This document shows positions 55,762 to 64,000 of a stretch of 64,000 nucleotides of DNA, one piece after another; position 1 is the stretch's first letter; every line of letters starts with the position of its first letter. The stretch covers positions 27,530,001 through 27,594,000 of the forward strand of contig CM059433.1 of assembly GCA_030390025.1 (NCBI GenBank), written 5' to 3'. The DNA comes from Squalus acanthias (Eukaryota). Both the position numbers and the translations under genes were made by a program. Below the pieces are notes generated by a model that was given only the letters and a program-made list of their open reading frames with translations, did no database searches and was not told the origin of the DNA.

Positions 55762-57489
55762 ACACACCTGCAGAAGTAAATAAAGAGCTAATATGTTAAA
55801 CAGCATTACAATTACATGAAAGACTTTCAATAAATTTAAATAATTTATCATTGAGACTATTTGTGAGTTAGAGGAAATAACAAATTTATTCACATAGCCT
55901 TAAGGTATATTTTAGGAAAGATGCTTTCTGGGTGGTGTGTATTTTAGTAGACTTCACCCCGAATTCAATCAAAGTAAAACCACATTGATGTTTGTATTTT
56001 AATTTTATCTATTGATTGCTTTTTCCCTCTTTCAGTCTTTCTCTTTCCATTCTCTCAGCCTCGCTTCTTCTCTTTTGCTCATTTGCTTTATTTTGTTTAG
56101 ATTGTGAAATTATGTGGCTACTTACCAATGTGTCCTACAATTTATGGTTCTATTACAGAGTTCCAGTGCATGTGCATAATTTAAAAACAAATCAGGGATA
56201 ATCTACACACAGCTTAAGCCACTCCAGATGTCAGTAAGAACAAATCACAATATCCTTTCAGTGTTCATGCATGTTCAGATTCTATACAACAGCCTTATGC
56301 TAAAAGATTTTGGTTCCCGATGCCCCAGTGAAAAATAGATTGTAGCTGCTCAATAGAAAGTCCCCAAAAGAGGCCTACATGTAATTCTAATGTATCACCA
56401 CTAAAGGAGCAGCCACTCAGTCCAAGGATGTAAAGATGCAGGTGCCTGAATCTCAGTGTTGATGCTTTCTAAAGTAAAGTGTGTGCTTGCTGCAGTAGAC
56501 CTTGTGCTATGTTTTCATGATGGTCTCCAACATGTTTGTAATTTAAGTTTATTCTTTCCATCTGTCCCACTTCACTCATTGTTCCTGTTCCTCAAAATTT
56601 ATCATTATTATTCTCAAACCTTATCTGATCTGTCCATTTCCCAATAACAGTGCAATTCCCACGATCTTTTCCCAATAGACATATTTGCATAATGATTTAA
56701 AATAAATTCCTGGAGTACCTATGTAGCAATGGGAATGGGAATGGGAGTGGGGTGGGGAGGGGGGAAGGAGGTCAGTACGCCCATGTGCAAGTAACTAGTG
56801 TCAGTAGGATATCCTCAGTGCTGTTGTTCAATTGCACAATATATTCCTGGAGTGATTACGTAGCGATGGTGGAGGGGGAATAGAAATTAGTAGGTCCAAG
56901 GAACGAGTATCAGTAGGATATACACAGTGCTGTTGTTCAGTTGCACAATAGATAATAGATTGGAGAATATGAAAAATTCCTGTCTGAAATATGCGCTGTA
57001 TTCGACCAGAGAATGGTTGAACCCCAATCCCATATGAAGAGAGTGCTGTCCGGCATAATGGTTGCGATTGAATCCTCAGAAACTCACGATTTAGGATCAT
57101 AATGGCAACAATGCAAACTACTGTGACTGTGTCTACATTTGAAATAGGGTGAACTCTTCCTCAAGTTCCCTGGTCAGAGCTTGTGGAAGATGGAGAGAAA
57201 TTGCAAAACAAATATATGTTCTATAAGAGATTGTGCCTGTTTTTGCTTCTGGTTACACCTTATTTTTGAGAAACCGACAAAACTGTATAGCGTAGGACAG
57301 CACCCAAGTTGTAAAGAATAGAATGGCAAGTGAAGTAGGGGCTTTAAACAGCTGTAGCTTGTAGTTGGAAGGGAAGACTGAAGGAGATAAAGAGTGCCAT
57401 GATTTTAAGATGAGTTGGAGATAATATGATGAGGTTTGATTCCAATAGTGGGGGTGGAGGGAAAGAGTAAAAGCACATAGGATAATATA

Positions 57490-58093
57490 CAGGTTGAGCG
57501 TCCTGAATCCGGCAACCTTGGGACCGAGGCCGAGCTGCTTTTCGTGTTTTTCCGGACTTCGGAACGTGTTTCTGATGTCCGAAGTCCGGAAATATCGCAA
57601 CCTGGGCTCGGGCGTTTCTGGACTTCAGACATCAGAAACACGTTCTGAGTCCGGAAATGCCTGGGCCGCTCCGCGTAGCGCTGACGCGTTTCTCCGCCCC
57701 TCCCCTTCTGTTAAAGGGGAGGGACGCTGCGAGCTCTGCAGAGCATCCGATGGCCCACACTAGGCCACCAGGGCGGCGTGGTGCCGTGGCCGCAGCCGCA
57801 GCCGCAGCCGCAGCCGCAGCCTGGCGGAAACACTTAGTGGAGCTGTGCAGATTAAGGAGGATAAAACACAACACTAAAGTTATATTGCATCACTCGCATT
57901 TTTCATAGGATTTTTCAAAAAAAGACGACAAAAGTTAATGGCTTTTTGAAGTACAGGTTGAGCGTCCAAAATCCGGAGTTCCGGATTCCGGAACATTTTA
58001 CGGATTCCGGACGACCCTGCCACCAATCGTCCCGGAGTCTGGATTCCGGAACATTTCGGATTCCGGAACTCCGGATTTTAGACGCTCAACCTG
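57490..58093. mobile_element. pogo/Tigger-like (Tc1/mariner) MITE with internal TIR copy
   Basis: TA|caggttgagcgtcc at 57490 and gacgctcaacctg|TA at 58093. A second TA-caggttgagcgtcc starts at 57954. Contains a tccgga array and (gccgca)n at about 57788-57820. Confidence 0.8.
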
Positions 58094-58384
58094 TATTTAG
58101 AACATAGGAGGAACAAAAGAAGAAAATTCGGAGTTAACCGGCAAGCCTGCCAGAGCAGTAGGTTACTGATATCTGAATTGTGCTGCTTGGACATTGTCAG
58201 TCCAATCTCCTCCTGTTGCCTGGAAAGATCCAGCAGCCAAATTTCTCTAAGAAAAATCTGGTCAGAAAGGCACAAATCTCTGTAATTACCTCTCTGGTGA
58301 GCCTATACCTCCTTATGCACTGCTGCTTCCTTTAAGCCAGTATCTCATTCAGTGCATCCACAATCCTGATAATATTAGTTAATA

Positions 58385-61300
58385 TTGATAAAAGGCACTA
58401 TTACAGTATTAGAAAGAGGGGATATGAGTAAGGGTGAGCAGGCAGTAGAAACTCTTCGTGTAGAATTGAAGAATAGAAAAAGAGGCAAGACTTTGGTGGG
58501 AGTTGTCTATATACCTACTGATAGCAGTGTTGAAGTAGCGGGATGCATAAATACAGAGATCAGATAAGCTTGTTGCAAAAGCAGAGTGGTTATAATGGGA
58601 GACTTTAATTTTCACATAGACTGGGATAAGCAGAAAAGCTCGAGTCCCAAAGGCAGCGAATTTCTTGAGTGTATTCGAAACAGTTTTCTGGAACAATGGG
58701 GGGAGTTTTGCCGGTGCTCGGGGGGGTGGTTTGGAGGCAGGACTGCTGGCAAAATTGCAGAGATTGACAGCGAGTCATGAACCCGCTATCAACCCGCCTC
58801 CATACAATCTTCCCAAGTGTCGGGTCCCCGATTTGTGCAGGGACCCGACACCTAGTGGTGGGAAGAGGATTATAGGCACTTAACTGCTTGTTAACAGGTA
58901 GTTAACAGGCAGTTAAGAGGCTTTTTTCAATTTTGACAGGTGGACTGCGGGCTTCCCGACGTCCAGACACCACGCCAGGGTAAGGTTTGATGACAGCTGC
59001 AGAAGTGGTGTGAAGGATCTAATGGTACACTGGTGAGTTTCAGAGGTAAGAAAATGTTGGGAAAATCATTTTTAATGTATTTAGACTTCCCTGTAGGTAA
59101 CAAGGTTTGAAGTGTTTGTGTGGTCCCACCTCATTGGGAGAACCTCTCTCACCAGTGACAGATTGCTTCTGTAACCTCATCTGCAGCTGCCATCTGTTTT
59201 ATCCTAAGGAGAGAGTCACTGGAGGGCCTGGATGCAAGGGCTCACCTTTGTACAGTGATTGGCAGTGTTTGCAGCACCTCAATGCTGTCAAACACTGAAA
59301 AATCATCTGTCAAAAAAAATGTGTGTGGCCCCTTTAAGAAAACCAGCAGATGACACGTCATCAACTGACGTCATCTGACACCGGCTTATTCTTAATTGGC
59401 CGGCAAGCCTGCAGGGTGGACTTAACAAGGCCAATTGATGCAAAATAGCATCTTTGCGTCGGACGTCGTTGGGGGCGGGATCGGAACCCGGATCGGAACC
59501 CGGAAGGCAGCAGTCCTGCTCCCAGCTTGCACCGAAAGGTAAGATCACGGCCCATGTGTTCTTGAACCAACAAGAGGATAGACCATACTAGATTTAATGA
59601 TGAGTAGTGAGCCAGAATTAGTTAACAATCTAACGGTAAGGGAATATCTAATTAAAAGTGACCATAACATGACTGAATTTGATATTAGGTTGAGAGGAGA
59701 AGGGTGAGTCACAAACCAAGTTTCTAAATTTAGATAAGACTGACTTTGAAGGGATGAGGCAGAAACTGACCACAGTAAACTGGGCAAAACTGTTAACGGG
59801 TAAAACTATAGATGAATGGTGGGAGGTGTTCAAATAATTATTTGGTACAACATAAGACCTGTACATACACCTAAAGGAGAAGAGCTCTACTAGACTTAAT
59901 ATAAGTAAAAAATGGTAATGGAGAAAATTAAGAGCCTGGAGATTGACAAATCTCCAGGAACTGTTGGTTTCCACCCCAGGGTATTAAACAAAGTAAGTGA
60001 GAAATTGCAGGTGCTCTAGTCATGATCTTCCAATGCTCTCTCTATTCAGGAATTGTCCCCTTGGACTGGAAAATTGTCAATGTCACTCCATTATTTAAGA
60101 AGGATGGGAGAGAGAAACCAGGATATTTTAGACTTATTAGTCTAACGCCTGCTGTGGGGAAGTTACTAGAATCTGTCATTAGGGACAGTGTGACTTAGCA
60201 CTTGGACAAATATGAATAGATTGGAGAGAGCCAGCATGAATTTGTAAAGAGTATGTCACGTCTAACTAACCTAGTAGAATTATTTGAGGAGGTCACTAAT
60301 GTGGTAGGTAAGGGAGTGTCTACGGATGTTCTTTATATGGACTTCCAGAAGGCATTTGATAAATCCCACACAAGAGGCTGTTAGCAAAAATGAAAGCTCA
60401 TGGAATTGGAGGCAACCTATTGACATGGGTTGGGATTAGTTAGGAGGTAGGAGACAAAGATTAGGGACACTGGGTATGTACTCCAATTGGCAGATTGTGA
60501 CTAGCGGTGTCCCTCAGGGATCTGTATTAGGGCCTCAGCTTTTCACTATATTTATCAATGACTTAGATGAAGCAATAGAGAGATGTATATCAAAGTTTTC
60601 TGACAACACTAAGTTAGGTGGCGCAGTTAGTAGTATAGATGGGAGCAGAAAGTTGCAAAGGGACATTGATAGGCAAAACTGTGGCAAATGGAGTTCAGTG
60701 TGGGGAAATGTGAGATCATCTACTTTGGAACTAGGAAAGATAGATCAGAGTATTTTCTAAATGGTGAAAAGCTAGGAACTGTGGAGGAGCACAGAGACTT
60801 AGGGGTCCATGTACCGAAAACACTAAAAACTAGTGAACAGGTACAAAAAATAATCAAAAAGGATAATGGAATGTTGGCCTTTATCTCAAGGGGGCTGGAA
60901 TACAAAGGGGTAGAAGCTATGCTACAGTTATATAAAGCTCTGGTTAGAGCGCATCTGGAGTACTGCGTTTAGTTCTGGGCACCGCACCTCAGTGGGTTGG
61001 AGTGCAGATTGGAGGGGGTGCAGCACAGATTCACCAGAATGATAACGGAGCTAAAAGGGTTAAATTATGAAGACACATTGCGTACACTAGGCTTGTATTC
61101 CCTTGCGTATAAAAGATTAAGGGGTGACCTGATTGAGGTGTTTAAAATGTTAAAAGCTTTTTATAGGTTAGATAAAGAGAAACTATTTCCTCTGGTGGGA
61201 GACTAAAGAACGAGGGGCATTATCTTAAAATTGGAGCTAGGCGATTTAGGAGGGAATTCAGGAAGCACTTATTCACACAAAAGGTAGTAGCAATCTGGAA

Positions 61301-61505
61301 TTCTCTCCCCCAAAAGTCCATGAATGCTGCGACAATTGAGGCTTTCAAGACTGAGGTCGATAGATTTATTTTAGGTAAGGGTATCAAGGGATATGGAGCT
61401 AAGGTGGGTAAATAGAGTTGAGGTACAGATCAGCCATGATCTAATTCAATGGCAGCTCAGGCTCAAGTGGCTGAATGGCCGATTTCTGTTGCTATGTTTC
61501 TATGT
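58385..61505 (+). mobile_element. Degraded CR1 ORF2 (EN+RT) to 3' end, interrupted by a Harbinger derivative
   Basis: [55 protein letters not shown]1 tail at about 61440-61505. Confidence 0.88.
58698..59553. mobile_element. Harbinger deletion derivative inserted in the CR1 endonuclease region
   Basis: Splits FLEQ from VLEPTR. The right arm is homologous to 12900-13192 (ctttaagaaa...tgacgtca...aattggccggc). Confidence 0.78.
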
Positions 61506-61708
61506 TAACAGCCCACCACAGGCGCCCCAGTCAGTAAAAACCTGGCATGGAAGAAGAGGAGGCTCTCTAAAGTAAATCAAAAACTTCCCGTAATGAAGCC
61601 AATTTGGCTAATCTATCAATGTCCCTTTGCAACTTTCTGCTCCCATCTAAATTACTTTACTAAAAGATTCTACCAGAGGATTGGTCTCAGATAATTCTTT
61701 AACAGTCA

Positions 61709-62184
61709 TAACAACAACAACTAGTATTTATATAGCACCTTTAACATAGTAAAACGTCCCAAGGTGCTTTCTAGGAGTATTATAAGACAAAAAATTTGAC
61801 ATTGAGCCACATAAGGAGAAATTAGGGCAAATGACCAAAAGCTTGGTTAAAGAGGTAGGTTTTAAGGAGTGTCTTAAAGGAGGAAAGAGAGGCAGAGAGG
61901 TTTTGGAAGGGAATTCCAGAGCTTAGGGCCCTAGGCAACAGAAGGCACAGCCACCAATGGTTGAGCGATTATAATCAGGGGTGGTCAACAGACCAGAATT
62001 AGAGGAGCGCAGATATCTCGGGGGGTTGTGGGGCTGGAGGAGATTACAGAGATAGGGAGGGGCGAGGCCATGGAGGGATTTGTAAACAAGGATGAGAATT
62101 TTGAAATCGAGGCGCTGCTTAACCGGGAGCCAATGTAGGTCAGTGAGCACAGGGGTGATGGGCGAACGGGACTTGGTGCGAGTT
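61709..62184 (-). mobile_element. L2 LINE 3' end
   Basis: SPITPVLTDLHWLPVKQRLDFKILILVYKSLHGLAPPYL is a typical L2 ORF2 C-terminus; (gtt)n tail. Confidence 0.88.
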
Positions 62185-63384
62185 AACTCACCTGAAAAAT
62201 CCAAGCTGACAAAAAGTACCGTGAGAGGAGATGAATAGACTTATAAATGCAGTTCGGCTGCTACTGCCAAGATAAATTTGTACTTTAGCCTCCTCTCCTT
62301 GGGAGGATTAGGTTTTGAAGAACTGTGTTTTTTCTTCAAATACTGATGCCCACCAGCCCTTGGAAAGGAATTAACTCCACTGCCTGTGATATTTAATCCC
62401 ATAGTTTGAGCCTTTTTATACAGATTCATTGTGAAATTTTCTTTTCATGCAGAGACTCCAGGTGTTGCTCTTATTTTTTTATGTGGAAATGCATTGTGCA
62501 GAATTAGTCTCAATGGTCTCAGTTTTGAAGAGAGCTTTCCACCACACTTCTGTTTCTTGTAACAACACAGCACAAAACTCTGTGACTAGTGAAGATTTGT
62601 TGCAGTGCTGTAGTTTCCTGCTGTACTTTATAATGACACACTAGTTTATCACATCAATTTTGTTGGCATTACTCATAATGACTAGACGAGAAGTTCTCAC
62701 TTCTGGCAAAGAAGAGTCAAGAGGCTCTCATTTTTCACATTAGTTCACTGTGATTTTATTTCTTGTTATTCATTTTAGTCTCTAATATATCTTATGGATT
62801 CATTGTTTCTCACTAGCATCTCATTTATTAAACTGCAATACCGCAAGGTTTTAATTTTTGAAAGGGATTTCCTCTGTGCCGTAATTTCTCACTGAGATTT
62901 TTTTCATGGTATTTCTCCTATCTGAGGATATTCAGCACTATGTTCACGATGCTTTAGCTGCTCCGAGAAATTTTCTGTGATGCTACCCGTTAGCCACAGG
63001 AATTTTCTGCAATTCTCTCAAGACTTTTAAGGGATCGGTATCACACTTTCACTTCTTACAGGGACTTTCCACAGCTTCTTCAGTTATTTCTGACACACTG
63101 CAACTGTTAGGGTTTTGTTTCTCCTTCTAAGGTACTCTTGGTTCTATTCTGCTATTCTGCAATAGCCTGGTTTATTGCACTGACTCTTGTTCATAATGTT
63201 GTAGTTGCTCTTGGAAAATTGCTACCTTATTCTGGTTTCTTGCTGGGACTGACTTCAAGACTGGTATTTACCCTGATTCATCACAATGCTATCTTTTACA
63301 CAGTGATTCACAAACTAGGCTATTGTTACTCACATGGAATTACTGCATGTTACTCTTTTATTTACATGCTCTGATTCCTTACCG

Positions 63385-64000
63385 AAGAAAGAAGTGAGAA
63401 CCCTAAAGGAGGCTGATGAGGGTGAAATGGTGGATGAACAGAGAATAGCTAAATACTCAATGATCACTTTCTTGATGTATTAACTGGAGATGGTAGTCCT
63501 ATGATCTCCACAAATGGAAGTAATCTTAATAGGCGTTGACATTAGCCAGAAGATTCAATCCAGGCTCAAGGGTCTCAAAACTAACAAATTCCCACAAATA
63601 GATGGTATTTATCTCAGGTGACATATCTAATCTAGGAACTCCAGACCCATAAGTTTTACATTAACAACAGGGGGGGAAATGGAATCAATCATCAGGAGCA
63701 AACTTGAGGATTATCCTTACAGTAAAACCCTAGTAAATAGCAGACAACATGGGTTCAAAAGGGGAAGATGCTGCTTAACCAATCTCATTGACGTTGTTTA
63801 AGAAGGTGGCATCCCAGGTGGACTGTGGACATGGTGTATCCAGATTTTCACAAAACCTTTGATAACATTCCCCAAGACAAGCTGCTGCATAAGATTAAGG
63901 CAGTGGGATTTCGAGGTAAAACCTGGAAGTGAATATGAAACTGGCTGAAGGGTAGGAGGCAGACAGCAATTATTAGGTGACTGATGCCAAAGAGTGGGGG
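63385..64000 (+). mobile_element. Old CR1 RT fragment
   Basis: QHGFKRGRCCLTNL, YPDFHKTFDNIP, NWLKGRRQ with many lesions. Confidence 0.7.

Noticed and set aside
57632..57908. Poly-Ala ORFs on both strands
   Set aside because: Produced by a (GCCGCA)n microsatellite inside a MITE.

Overview
Eukaryotic, intron-rich genomic DNA. The V-SINE/HE1-like, Deu-SINE, LF-SINE-like, CR1 and Penelope repeats point to a cartilaginous fish (inference). One minus-strand protein-coding gene spans most of the window. I traced 25 coding exons from 55761 to 3801, all GT-AG and phase-compatible, giving 4422 nt or 1474 aa; the 3' end probably lies beyond the window start. The gene encodes a FACIT-type collagen with this order: signal peptide, a 618-aa Ser/Thr/Glu-rich mucin-like exon holding 19 near-perfect 51-bp repeats, a matrilin-like vWA domain with intact MIDAS, a TSPN (NC4-like) domain, about 339 aa of COL2 triple helix with the collagen IX/XXI exon-size series, NC2, and the start of COL1. 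The mucin stalk ahead of the vWA is the most unusual feature. The introns are full of transposon relics: CR1 and L2 LINEs, a single-ORF Zenon-like CR1 whose longest copy begins with a tRNA-derived Pol III head, a near-complete but dead two-gene PIF/Harbinger element with many deletion derivatives and MITEs, a pogo/Tigger-like MITE, several SINEs, and Penelope terminal repeats carrying minimal hammerhead ribozyme motifs. Repeat family names come from motif recognition only, and repeat boundaries are approximate.
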